NCBI GenBank assembly: GCA_963720565.1
Contig: CAVRFW010000002.1
Coordinates: 32,001 to 96,000 of the forward strand
Direction of reading: 5' to 3'
DNA: 64,000 nucleotides
Origin: Candidatus Bathyarchaeota archaeon
GTDB lineage: Archaea; Thermoproteota; Bathyarchaeia; Bathyarchaeales; Bathycorpusculaceae
A program made the position numbers and the translations under genes. A model generated the notes under the pieces. The model worked only from the letters and a program-made list of their open reading frames with translations. It did no database searches and was not told the origin of the DNA. Shown piece after piece: positions 20,306 through 30,345 of the stretch. The first letter of the stretch is position 1; each line of letters opens with the position of its first letter.

Positions 20306-21283
20306 TTGGGAGCAGTTGCCAACGCACTCATCTTACTTATTTCTATCCTTCTCTTGGTAATAGGCAGCGAGATAACGATAAGGAATTCAGTCAAAGTCTC
20401 GGATATAACAGGTTTTGGAAAAACAACCGTTGGTTTTATCCTAGTAGGTTTCTCCACCTCTCTGCCTGAACTCAGTGTCGCCATCTTCGCAGTTGCAAAT
20501 CCTGAAAACGTCGGAGTCTCAATAGGAAACGTATTAGGCTCCAACATAGTAAATATCGCCTTGATTCTGGGCATATGCATTATCATAATGGTTGTAGGAC
20601 ACACTGACTTCTCAGGTTACATCATAAACTTGGCCAAGGAGGAAATGGGAAACCTCCAATTCGGACTTTTCATCGCATCAATCATACCAGTCGCTTTGCT
20701 CTACATCGGATATGCAAGCCGATTCATTGGCGTAATCTTGGTCACCATCTTCGTTGTTTACATGATTCAATTGGCAAGAGCCAACAAAACATTGGCACCA
20801 AATCCCTCCTCTTCTGATAGAAGCAAACTCCGAAACTACGCACTATTCGCACTGGTTGGCGCCACATTAGTAATTGCAACTGCATTCTTCATTGTTGAAT
20901 CAGCCACTACCCTCGCTGTCAACGTCGGAATACCACCAGTCGTAATAGGCGCCACGATAATTGCTTTCGGAACAAGCATACCTGAATTAGCCACAAGCAT
21001 CAGTTCCGCCCGCAAAGGCTTTTTTGATTTGGCGCTTGGCAACATTGTCGGCAGCGGTTTCATCAACATCACGCTAATCCTTGGTGTAGCCTTGATTGCC
21101 TCTCCGCTAAACGTCAATATTGCTGCGTTCTCGAATTTGGCTCTATCGTCGCTTATTGTAAATCTGTTTCTATGGTATTTCTTGGGCAGCGGAAAAATAA
21201 GTTGGAGAGAAGGCGCATTATTCTTGGCTCTTTATGCCGCGTTTCTGGCAATAAGCTTCGGAGGCTACAATACTCAAGGGTAG
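20306..21283 (+). CDS. Na+/Ca2+ antiporter (CaCA family)
   Basis: Two alpha-repeats STSLPE..GNVLGSN and GTSIPE..GNIVGS; RBS position would fit ATA 20294. Confidence 0.95.
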   Translation: MGAVANALILLISILLLVIGSEITIRNSVKVSDITGFGKTTVGFILVGFSTSLPELSVAIFAVANPENVGVSIGNVLGSNIVNIALILGICIIIMVVGHTDFSGYIINLAKEEMGNLQFGLFIASIIPVALLYIGYASRFIGVILVTIFVVYMIQLARANKTLAPNPSSSDRSKLRNYALFALVGATLVIATAFFIVESATTLAVNVGIPPVVIGATIIAFGTSIPELATSISSARKGFFDLALGNIVGSGFINITLILGVALIASPLNVNIAAFSNLALSSLIVNLFLWYFLGSGKISWREGALFLALYAAFLAISFGGYNTQG

Positions 21284-21469
21284 CATCCCGCGCCTGTCCA
21301 ACATTTCAAAATATGACAAAAAGCCATAGTCCATGGAAAAACCCCCTTTTTAGCAACTAACCTATATATGCAGCATCTCACTAGCACAAAGACTGTTGGG
21401 ATTCTTCTAGAAACAGTCAAACCTAGTCTGACAGGAATACTTTTTCAAGAAAGTTCTAGCAACCAAAAA

Positions 21470-22156
21470 ATGGAAAGGAAATATTTGAACCAAAAAAAAC
21501 CAACAATAATCGAGAATCTCGCTTTCCTCTCAGTAAAGCACAGAGTATACCTCGGAGAACTCTACAAGGCATTAGTTTCAGCCAGAATAACCAGCGAATC
21601 CTCCTGCGCAAACTTAACAGTCCAATATCGTGGCAGTGTTGACAAAGAAGCTATCTTCCTGATAACAGAATACGGTAAGATCGTTGTACAGTTTCGAGCA
21701 CCTGAAGAATTCCTCCAGAGGAAAAACATATGCTTTGAGTCTTGGATGAACACAGATACCGTACGCAAACAATTGTCCAGACAAGATTGTGGGTCGCACC
21801 TTTGTATCATGGTTCAGGACCTGCGGCACGGTATGAAAAGAGTTAACGTAGAGGCCGAAGTGCTGGAACGCCCTGAAGCATCGTCGGTTCGAACACGTCA
21901 CGGGAACAGCGCTACAGTAACCAACGTCTGGATAGCGGACGAAACGGGAAAAGTCAAACTCTGCCTCTGGAATGAGCAAGCAACCTCCTTCGCCGAAGGT
22001 GACACAATACAGATTAAAAATGCCTCAGTATCAACGTTTAGAGGCGAGAGGCAACTGCGCCTAGGGAGAACCGGATCAATTAACGTACTGCAGGATCGGG
22101 CACATGCTCGTGCACCGAGTCAACAATCTGAACTCACTGCCAAGAACACAGTCTAA
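21470..22156 (+). CDS. OB-fold ssDNA-binding (RPA/SSB-like) protein with extra N-terminal domain
   Basis: VQDLRHGMKRVNVEAEV...IADETGKVKLCLWNEQ..GDTIQIKNA..FRGERQLRLGR. Confidence 0.85.
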   Translation: MERKYLNQKKPTIIENLAFLSVKHRVYLGELYKALVSARITSESSCANLTVQYRGSVDKEAIFLITEYGKIVVQFRAPEEFLQRKNICFESWMNTDTVRKQLSRQDCGSHLCIMVQDLRHGMKRVNVEAEVLERPEASSVRTRHGNSATVTNVWIADETGKVKLCLWNEQATSFAEGDTIQIKNASVSTFRGERQLRLGRTGSINVLQDRAHARAPSQQSELTAKNTV

Positions 22157-22361
22157 AGCAAGCTGCCTTTCTTCAATTCTTGATAGAGCAGACTAGCGCG
22201 CCTAATACTGCAACATATCCACCCGTGTTCATGGAAACATCATCTAGGCTACGGAGACTAAATAGTCGAATTTAAAAGGAGTACGCGACATACATAGTCG
22301 TCGCTTTCTAGACAAGCAAGAAAACCAAAAAAATTAATCGGAAGTTGAGGGACTCTGAAAA

Positions 22362-22457
22362 TTGGCTCAATGTTCATGCGGCAAAAACGCTAACGTGTTC
22401 GAACGCGGCAAAACAGAATGCATCGACTGCTACCTACAACGAAAAAGAAAACTGTAA
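22362..22457 (+). CDS. 31-aa Zn-finger microprotein MAQCSCGKNANVFERGKTECIDCYLQRKRKL
   Basis: Read by hand; GAGGGA RBS, TTG start; CxCG...CxDC. Confidence 0.6.
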   Translation: MAQCSCGKNANVFERGKTECIDCYLQRKRKL

Positions 22458-22626
22458 ACGCGTATAGCCTTCAAAATAGGTCGCCTGGTTGACATTCGAG
22501 ATAAGGCAAAGTTGAATATGTACAATACTCAACTCTAATCTAACGCGTTAAAATCTCCTTCTTTGTTCAAATTCACGCAATAGACTTAATAACGATGACG
22601 ACATTTGAGGCGGAAGTGTTTCAACC

Positions 22627-22968
22627 ATGACAAAAAAAGTTCAAGGCAAAAACAGACTAATCGTGAAAACTACCAGAGCAAAGTCTCTTACAACTGTACC
22701 CTTCGAAAGCGGCTTTCAATTCTACACAGCCGTTGGAAGCTACACTGGAGTAACCGCTACTAATCTCAACGAGTTCGCCGCGATGCTACAAACTATTCCA
22801 GTAGAATCGATAACTTTCCATTTTCAACGGAAAGACTTCCAACAATGGATAAAAGACACCTTTAATGAAACAAGGCTTGCCGAGCAAATGAACAACATAA
22901 TGCAGGGATTATCCGCTGAGGACTTGAGAAAAGAAATCCTCAGCATTGTCAAGACACGTGCAGTTTAG
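22627..22968 (+). CDS. DUF5752-family protein
   Basis: FQFYT...ATNLNEF..L..IPVESITFHFQRKDFQQWIKD. Confidence 0.8.
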   Translation: MTKKVQGKNRLIVKTTRAKSLTTVPFESGFQFYTAVGSYTGVTATNLNEFAAMLQTIPVESITFHFQRKDFQQWIKDTFNETRLAEQMNNIMQGLSAEDLRKEILSIVKTRAV

Positions 22969-23156
22969 TTGAGAAGAAACCCTTTTTAAGTTAATAGGGT
23001 TGTAGCGCTTCTCTTGCAGCGTGGGATTTGATTGACCCCTTTTTCTAGGTGGAGAAGTCCCTTGCAAATCCCTTTTTTTGTGCAGTGCGCACTTGTCCAA
23101 AAAGCTCGACCTTGCTTCATTCTTCAGGATGTCTGCAGTCTGCTGAACAAGAAAAA

Positions 23157-25191
23157 CTACCGCAACTGTTCTTCCATAGCTGGACATAGGACGAAAGCGG
23201 AGCGAGCGGGCAGATAGAGACTAAGCATATTTCGCCTTCGTGCCTCAGTATCGTTCACGAGAGTGAAGTGGACTTGCTCGGGTATCAGCCGACCGTGCCC
23301 CCCATACTTTGGGGCGTCACAGTCCAGAATCATCCAGTATTTTCCAGGAGGAGCCTCAAACCGATAATCAGTGAAGGATTTGTGAGGATTAAAGTTAAAG
23401 GCGAAAATCAAATCAGCCCTCTTGAAGATAATGACTTTGTCAACGAAGTTTTCATGCAGAAGCTGCGGGACTGACGATTCAAGGAGCCGCTTTGTCTTAG
23501 CCATTGCGATCATGTCACGGTCAAACATGGATAGCAGATGATACTTCAGGTTGGGGTCATCTGCAAGATGCCATTGTCGACGTGCATGCTTGAAAGACCA
23601 GTTATTTCCTTCTCGGGGGAAATCTATCCAGTCCGGGTGACCGAACTCGTTGCCCATGAAATTCAGGTAACCATTGCTAGCCGTGGCCAGAGTTATCAAA
23701 CGGATCATCTTGTGCAACGCCATTCCCCGCGACACCCTTGGGTTGTCGTCACCAATCTGCATGTGATGGTACATGTCTTCGCCAATCAGTCGAAAGATAA
23801 GTGTCTGATCTCCCACTAACGCTTGGTCGTGAGATTCAGCGTAACTAATAGTTTTCTCGTCTTTCCTAGAGTTTGTGAGTTCAAACCAAAGATCACCAGT
23901 GGGCCATGTCTCATCTTCATAATCCTTCGTTAAACGAATCCAGTAGTCAGGCACCCCCATTGCAAAGCGATAGTCAAAACCGAACCCGCCCTCATTCTGA
24001 GGAACCGCTAAACCCGGCATCCCGCTGACATCTTCGGCTATGGTAACGGCGTCTGGCTGAACACTGTGAATCACCCGGTTTGCCAGAGCCAAATAGGCCA
24101 ATGCATCTTCATCCACGCCGCCGTCAAAGTAATCCCTGTATGAAGTGAACACTCGACTGAGACCATGTTCGAGATAAAGCATACTAGTGACGCCGTCGAA
24201 CCGAAAACCATCAAATCGGAATTCATCTAGCCAATATCGACAGTTCGAAAGCAAAAAATGCAGAACCTCTGGCTTGTAATAATCGAAGCAGCGTGAATCC
24301 CAGGCCTTGTGTTTTCCACGCAGGACCTTCATGAAAATACTGATACAATGTCCCGTCGAAGCAACTTAATCCCTCAACCTCGTTGGACACGGAGTGAGAA
24401 TGGACCAAATCCATAAAAACGGCAAGTCCATGGCTGTGAGCTGTATCAATTAAGAGTTTCAAATCCTCCGGCGTTCCGTACCGCGATGAAGGAGCGAAAA
24501 AGTTTGACACCTGATACCCAAATGAACCGTAGTAGGGATGTTCCTGAATGGCCATCAACTGCAACACGTTGTAACCTGCATCAACAATGCGCGGAAGCAC
24601 CCCGAAAGTAAATTCACGAAAGGAACCAATCTTCTCTTCCTCCTGCGCCATACCAACGTGTGCTTCATAGATTAACGGGACTTCTTCAGGTCTTTTGAAA
24701 CGAGTTTTCCAACGATAAGCCTTCGGAGGCAGCCACACTTGGGCATTGAAAATCAAAGTTTTCGGATCTTGCACAACCCGTCGAGCATAAGCAGGAATGC
24801 GATCCCCCTCACCCCCCGACCAGCAAACACGAAGCCGATACAAGTCACCATGAGCCATTTTATCTGCAGCCAAGCGAATTTCCCAGACACCAGACCCGTT
24901 GATCTTTTCCAGCTCAAATTCTCTGCTAACCTGCCATTTGCTCATGTCCCCTATCAGATAAATCGCAGTAGCGTTTGGCGCCCATTCACGAAAAACCCAT
25001 TCGCCGCGTTGGAAATGCAGACCAAAATATTCATGGCCAGACGCAAAATCTGCCAGAGTCATTCGCGACTGAGTGAGCCGCAGCTCTGTTTGTTCAATAC
25101 GCTCCAACCGATGTCGAATCTGACTCGAAAAAGGAGTTAAATACGAATCACTTTTCAGAAGGCGAGTCAATCGGCTCTCAAGGTCGCTCAT
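23157..25191 (-). CDS. glgB: 1,4-alpha-glucan branching enzyme (GH13, GBE1-like), frameshifted near 24322
   Basis: FREWAPNA, IYEAHVGM, EHPYYGSFGYQV, FDGFRFDGVTSMLY, AEDVSG, YAESHDQALVGD, FMGNEFGHPDWIDFPREGN. Confidence 0.95.
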
Positions 25192-25378
25192 CTACAATCC
25201 TTGTTTTGTTTTAATTTCCAAACAACTTAACCTTTTCTTTAAACTCAGGAAAAACCGAAATGCCCTGCTAGCTATAGAGCTCATGCTTGTTCCAAAAATG
25301 GCTTAAAATGGTTTAAAATCCGTCCAGGCGCGCTCACAAATAATTTGCTCGCGTTGTCGTTTCACTCGACAAAGCGCC

Positions 25379-26653
25379 TCATTTTTCTCCGAGCATTCGT
25401 ATCGCGTTTGAAGCTGACAGGGCGGAGGTTTCCATGCTTGAGACCGACGGCTCTATGGCGTTGACATATATTAGCCGTTCATCCATGCGGGTCGGAGGCA
25501 ACTTGGTTACGGGTTTGAATATTGGGTAAGCGGCTTTCCAGCAGTGCTCTATAACAGGGACTTCTCCATTCTTGAAGATGCCGCCAAATATGTTGTGATC
25601 GAGGGGTTTTGGCGAGGAAACCGTTACCAGTGACTCTCCATCGCTTGATTTTTGGATGTTGTAGTGAGTTATTGGATCTGCGTCTTTCGTAGTCAATACA
25701 ATAGATGGAAGCTCTGCAGCGTTTTTCAGACCAAAGTAGTCCGGGTCAAGAACGCCACGCATAACCCGCCTGTAAACGGCTCGATAAGGCTGAGGCTCCC
25801 AACCGTCCATGGACAAGCCATCAAACTTTATGTCCGCAAGATCTAGAGGTGTTGCGATAATCACGCTTTCGAAAACCGTCATGCCTTCCTCAGTATACAC
25901 CTTGTAATTTCCTTTGGGCGTCTTTTCTATCACTTCAACTTTTCGCCCCAGCTTAATCGCTGCATCAGATGCCTCTGCAAGATGAACTGGCAGAGTGTTG
26001 TTGCCATCAGCCAAACTGTATATTTCGCCGGAGTAGACTCCAATTAAGGACGAAATCCCTGCGAATCCTCCTAATTCCGCGTTCTGTGAATATATGATCC
26101 TTGTGATGGGGGCTACAATTTCATCGATGAATGCTTGGCTTACACCTCTCTCAATTAAGACTTCAGAAAAGGACTTTTTGTGCCATTCGTCCAGGCCTGC
26201 GGACTTAAGAAGTTCACTTATATCAGCAGGGTTCTCAAGTTCTTCTCGGTATAGTCTATCAACTTGTCTTTTTACTTTCCTTAGAAGAAGGAAAACTTTC
26301 CCCAAACTGAGTCTGTACTTTGCCACAAGCTTGAGGCTAGTGGCAAATTCCTGCTTGTTTGACCTAAAAACGAATTCTGAACCGTTCCACACTCCGAAAT
26401 CCCTGCGCTCTTCGATGGCGGTGATCTTGAGCCTCTCAGCTTTCACAATGTCTAAAAGTGTCCTGTTGAAGCCATTGAAGAAGGCTGCTCCCAACTCAAG
26501 AGCTACCCCGGAGGATTTATGTGTCAGGATCCTGCCGCCTATTCTGTCCTGAGAATCATAGATAGTCACCTTTACGCCTGGAAGACGTTTGCGTGCAAAA
26601 TATGCAGCACAACAACCTCCAATACCCGCACCAACGACCGCCAAATTCTCCAT
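25379..26653 (-). CDS. Prenylcysteine oxidase/lyase-like FAD oxidoreductase
   Basis: GAGIGG..AAY, GGR, ELG, GVWNG..FVF, PITRIIYSQ, GN, VIIATPL, W.AYP, YVNAIE...SSMETSALSASNA are collinear with PCYOX1 as I recall it. Confidence 0.8.
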   Translation of the reverse strand: MENLAVVGAGIGGCCAAYFARKRLPGVKVTIYDSQDRIGGRILTHKSSGVALELGAAFFNGFNRTLLDIVKAERLKITAIEERRDFGVWNGSEFVFRSNKQEFATSLKLVAKYRLSLGKVFLLLRKVKRQVDRLYREELENPADISELLKSAGLDEWHKKSFSEVLIERGVSQAFIDEIVAPITRIIYSQNAELGGFAGISSLIGVYSGEIYSLADGNNTLPVHLAEASDAAIKLGRKVEVIEKTPKGNYKVYTEEGMTVFESVIIATPLDLADIKFDGLSMDGWEPQPYRAVYRRVMRGVLDPDYFGLKNAAELPSIVLTTKDADPITHYNIQKSSDGESLVTVSSPKPLDHNIFGGIFKNGEVPVIEHCWKAAYPIFKPVTKLPPTRMDERLIYVNAIEPSVSSMETSALSASNAIRMLGEK

Positions 26654-26777
26654 CTGCATTCGAACATGTATGAGCACAGAATCAGATAAACCCAAGCGGC
26701 GTCTACCTAAACTAGATGAATTGGAAAAAAGAAGCTCAATCTGAAAGCGAAGAATGAGGCTAAGGCACTGACGTGTC

Positions 26778-27263
26778 CTACTTTGTTTCCGTTAGTAGAC
26801 TTTCGAAAATGCGATGATGTTCCTCTTCATCGGACAAGATCCGCACAAAAAGTTTCTCTGTTATGTAGTCGTCTTCTTTCTTTGCTGTGGCTATTATTTG
26901 TTTGTAAAGATTAATTGCGAACTCTTCTTCCGCCTTATCTATCTGCAGTATATCCGCAACAGTTTTCCCAAGAACGAGAGGAGACACTTTGGTGGGCGGT
27001 TCTCCTCCCAGGTTAGAAACTCTCTCTGCAATCGCTTCCGCATGCCGCATCTCGGTAATGGCTATCTTCTTCAGGGATTTCCCTGGAAGAAAAATGGACC
27101 TGTGACTGGCCACAAAGCCTGCGGCTTTCAAAATAGATGAGTCTCCCCCAATGTGGAGCGTGTGCTGCATCATGTACTGCATTGAAACCTTCATTTCTCT
27201 GCCTGTCGCGTCGATGAGCAAAGTCAACAACTCTCCCGAGATTTGCGTATTTTTTTTTGCCAT
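26778..27263 (-). CDS. Ferritin-like (bacterioferritin-type) di-iron protein
   Basis: E....QY..QH, EMRHAE..AER..LGGEP, E..AI.LY, DEEEH. Confidence 0.9.
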   Translation of the reverse strand: MAKKNTQISGELLTLLIDATGREMKVSMQYMMQHTLHIGGDSSILKAAGFVASHRSIFLPGKSLKKIAITEMRHAEAIAERVSNLGGEPPTKVSPLVLGKTVADILQIDKAEEEFAINLYKQIIATAKKEDDYITEKLFVRILSDEEEHHRIFESLLTETK

Positions 27264-27432
27264 AAGAATCCCATTTGCTTATTTACTGCTAATTCAGTCG
27301 AGCATTTTATTTAAAGTTACGTGACAACCGCGCTACTAGAACGTCATCATAAATTGCGATATCGGAGTTTGAGCAGGTAAGAATTAGGTGAGAGCGCCAG
27401 CGTCACCAAAACCTTCATTTCTCACCCGAATC

Positions 27433-28233
27433 TTACTTGACGATAGCCTGAAGGGTTCTGGCGGTGTTTACCCAGATTTCGACTGTCTCAGAAGGAGGAG
27501 TCCGCCTAACCAGGCGTCTCTCGCTGTTAACTTTTCTCAAAGTCTGAGAAAGATAGCGAGGATTTCTCGTTGAAAGATCAGAGACCGAGTTAACTCCTGC
27601 CGACTCTAGAAGTGTGGCGTATTTTCTTCCTACACCTCTCACTCTAAGCAAATCTCCACGATACACCCACCTAAGCAGCGTCGTGTAGGGCACACCAACC
27701 CGATCAGCTAATTCTTGTCGCCTACGCTCCGTAGCACAGACTCTGAGCAAGTCATTGACCGAGTGTATTCCTGAAATTCTTAGCAAAGCACCATACGTCG
27801 GCCCAATACCGTCCACTATTTCAACGTCTTGTTCCAACCGGAGCTGACTTCCTGTCGTCACAACACTTGGCGGGTTCTTCATCGCTGCGGGAACCACCGT
27901 TAGTGCTGGAGGTATCGTCTCTGTGCGCGGATCAACAGGTTTCGCCTCAGGTGGAGGAGTTGATAAATTAGGAGACTTAGGCATAGGCGGAAGCGGTTCG
28001 CGATCTCCTGAGTAACGAACCACGCCGAAAACAGACGCGGCAATGATAGCCCATAACAGTCCGTTCAAGACACTGGTTACAAGAGAGGCGACAGAAAACC
28101 CAAAAATAAGACCCATCACCTGGGGGAAACCAAAATACCTTAGAAGCAATTGGGCAGGAGGAAAACCAGGCAGCACTAAAGTAATCCCCACAAGAATCAA
28201 GAACGAAGCCACAAACACTGCTGCAGTTTTCAT
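27433..28233 (-). CDS. Membrane-anchored DUF4332 (HhH) protein
   Basis: 2 TM, Pro-rich linker, VDGIGPTYG..L, DLLRVRGVGRKYATLLESAGV. Confidence 0.85.
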   Translation of the reverse strand: MKTAAVFVASFLILVGITLVLPGFPPAQLLLRYFGFPQVMGLIFGFSVASLVTSVLNGLLWAIIAASVFGVVRYSGDREPLPPMPKSPNLSTPPPEAKPVDPRTETIPPALTVVPAAMKNPPSVVTTGSQLRLEQDVEIVDGIGPTYGALLRISGIHSVNDLLRVCATERRRQELADRVGVPYTTLLRWVYRGDLLRVRGVGRKYATLLESAGVNSVSDLSTRNPRYLSQTLRKVNSERRLVRRTPPSETVEIWVNTARTLQAIVK

Positions 28234-28372
28234 GCCTAGCAGATAGGCACCTCATCTTTCTTTACATTTATGAAGTTGAAGTCTTAATCAAGAATAACCC
28301 TCGCAGCTAACGAAAACCGCTGTAACCTCCATTGAGAACCGTGCGATCCAGTCTTTCTCAACCTGCAACATG

Positions 28373-28612
28373 CTACACGCTATAGCTAAATTCCGGAATC
28401 TGCCTTCGTAGCTTAGGACCAGGTATTGTTCCTTCAAGCTTTTCACATTGACAGGTTTCGTTTTCTTCCTTCGTCTTACATTGCTCACAGAGCCCGGAAA
28501 GTGGTTTCGTGGAGATTTTCTGGTAGATGTATAGAGGGTATTGTGTGCAGTTCTCGCACCAGTGCCACTTGTCATAGTCGCTTCCCCTAACGTAGTCCAC
28601 CAATTTGTTCAC
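28373..28612 (-). CDS. Second WHWCxNCTQYP small protein
   Basis: VDYVRG...DKWHWCENCTQYP.YI.Q....P...LC..C...E; GAGGTGA RBS. Confidence 0.75.
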   Translation of the reverse strand: MNKLVDYVRGSDYDKWHWCENCTQYPLYIYQKISTKPLSGLCEQCKTKEENETCQCEKLEGTIPGPKLRRQIPEFSYSV

Positions 28613-28629
28613 CTCTCTCTAATGTTAAA

Positions 28630-28712
28630 GTGCGCGCGCGTCGGCACGCAAAGGTCGTTGAAGCCAGGATCGTGCAGGAGACAAGGGGGATTTTGAGCAC
28701 GCGCGCACCAGT
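28630..28712 (-). promoter_or_regulatory. Candidate structured 5' leader RNA
   Basis: GTGCGCGCG (28630-28638) and CGCGCGCAC (28700-28708) are inverted repeats; TTTATTAA box upstream near 28735-28742. Confidence 0.4.
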
Positions 28713-28978
28713 TTGGTATCTGCAATATTGAGTGTTAATAAATATTGTTGCTAACCAGTCCAACAGAAAAACAACTATCCCTCCAGAGCACACACACACG
28801 AGAACAATCGATCTCCTATAAGCATACGTCAAAAAGACGCTAAGAGAACAAGAGGACAGATTCTGGCGGTCGCCAGGATGCAAAATTCGCGAAACGTCGT
28901 TTCTGCGCTAATACATTTTAATGTGGGTAACGACAAAAAGGATGTATCCCAGCGCCTGCTGCCAAGGTTGGCTCCACA

Positions 28979-29632
28979 TTGGAATTTGAAAAAGAGTATT
29001 TCGACTACAAAAGGTACATGACCAGAGAGAAAGTAATCAAAAGTCACGTCTTAAAAGTGTTGGACTGGGCATCCAGAGTGATCGACATAAACCTCCTCAA
29101 AGGAACAAACCGAACTGCCCTAGATGTAGGCTGCGCATGCGGGTATTCCTCCCAAGTGCTGTCACAGTTGGGATATCGAACCGTTGCAATTGACTTGTCA
29201 AAATGGGGGGTCCAGCAAGCGCAAAAAAATAAAAACGGAGACTTCGTGGTATGCGACGCCCAGGCAAACCTTCCCTTCAAAGAAGGAAGCTTCGACTTGG
29301 TAACCTGCTTTGACGTTCTAGAGCATCTTGAGTCTCCTGAGAGCGCACTAATGCAAATGCTCAGAATATGCGCCGGAGCCCTGGTCTGCACCACTCCTAA
29401 CGGAACCGTTGAGAAATACGTGAAAAGAATAATCGGAGACTATGACGAAACACACATTAATAGCCGTTCGGCTCCCCACTGGAAAAGAAGCATTGTAAAC
29501 ATAGCGCATCCAAAAATAGTCAGAGTAGACACGTTTTTAGACTTCTCTGGGAAAATGGGGCAAAGATTCTTCCATAAGTCGTTTGAGCTGCCTAAACTCG
29601 GGTCAACAGTCCGAGTCGCAATTGCGAAATAA
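28979..29632 (+). CDS. Class I SAM-dependent methyltransferase
   Basis: ALDVGCACG, LPFKEGSFDLVTCFDVLEHL, TTPN. Confidence 0.9.
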   Translation: MEFEKEYFDYKRYMTREKVIKSHVLKVLDWASRVIDINLLKGTNRTALDVGCACGYSSQVLSQLGYRTVAIDLSKWGVQQAQKNKNGDFVVCDAQANLPFKEGSFDLVTCFDVLEHLESPESALMQMLRICAGALVCTTPNGTVEKYVKRIIGDYDETHINSRSAPHWKRSIVNIAHPKIVRVDTFLDFSGKMGQRFFHKSFELPKLGSTVRVAIAK

Positions 29633-29989
29633 GCGCTTACACAATTGAGCTTATTTCCGCTGTCAAGAACCTACGTTTTCCTCGAATCAGAGGAGCAACC
29701 GCAATCAGGAATAATCACGACACTATTGTTGTTGGAAGCGCCAGTCTTGCTTCTTCTTCTTTCACGTTAATGAAAGGTTTTTTTACAACGATAAGTCATG
29801 CAATTGGCACTTTATGCTTTAACAGTCTTTTCAATGCTCTAAACGCTTTTCTTTCGGCACCTTCCTGGTGTGCGTTAATGCTTGAATTACAGGAAGCTAG
29901 TAATAGTCGAGCATCAATCACAAACCCTTAGCTTCCAGTCATTGGTTAGGTAAAAAGCCGAAGCGGAGTTGTTTTAGGATACAAACTAA

Positions 29990-30345
29990 ATAGAACCAGT
30001 CCACAATCATTCACGAATACATCTCCAAGTTACCCAAAGATGTTAGAGATATTCTAGAAGAACTGAGATGGGTGATCAAGAAAACAGCACCCAAAGCTGA
30101 AGAGACGATAAGATACGGGATACCTACATTTTCGCTCAACGGCAACCTGGTACGCGCGCTGGTACATTTCGCAGCTTTCTAAAACCACATTGGCTTCTAC
30201 CCAACGCCCTCAGCGATCGCAGCTTTCAAAAAGGAATTGTCCCCTTCAAACAATCAAAATGCACAGTCCAGTTTCCATTAGACAAACCGATTCTACTTGA
30301 ATTAGTGAGGAAATTGTGGAATTTGGGATGCAGCACAATACATCA
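29990..30345 (+). pseudogene. Degraded DUF1801/YdhG-like gene
   Basis: EYISKLPKDVRDILEELR..I...APKAEETIRYGIPTFSLNGNLV..HFAAF*NHIGFYP; in-frame TAA, 12-bp insertion, further indels, no clear start. Confidence 0.8.
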
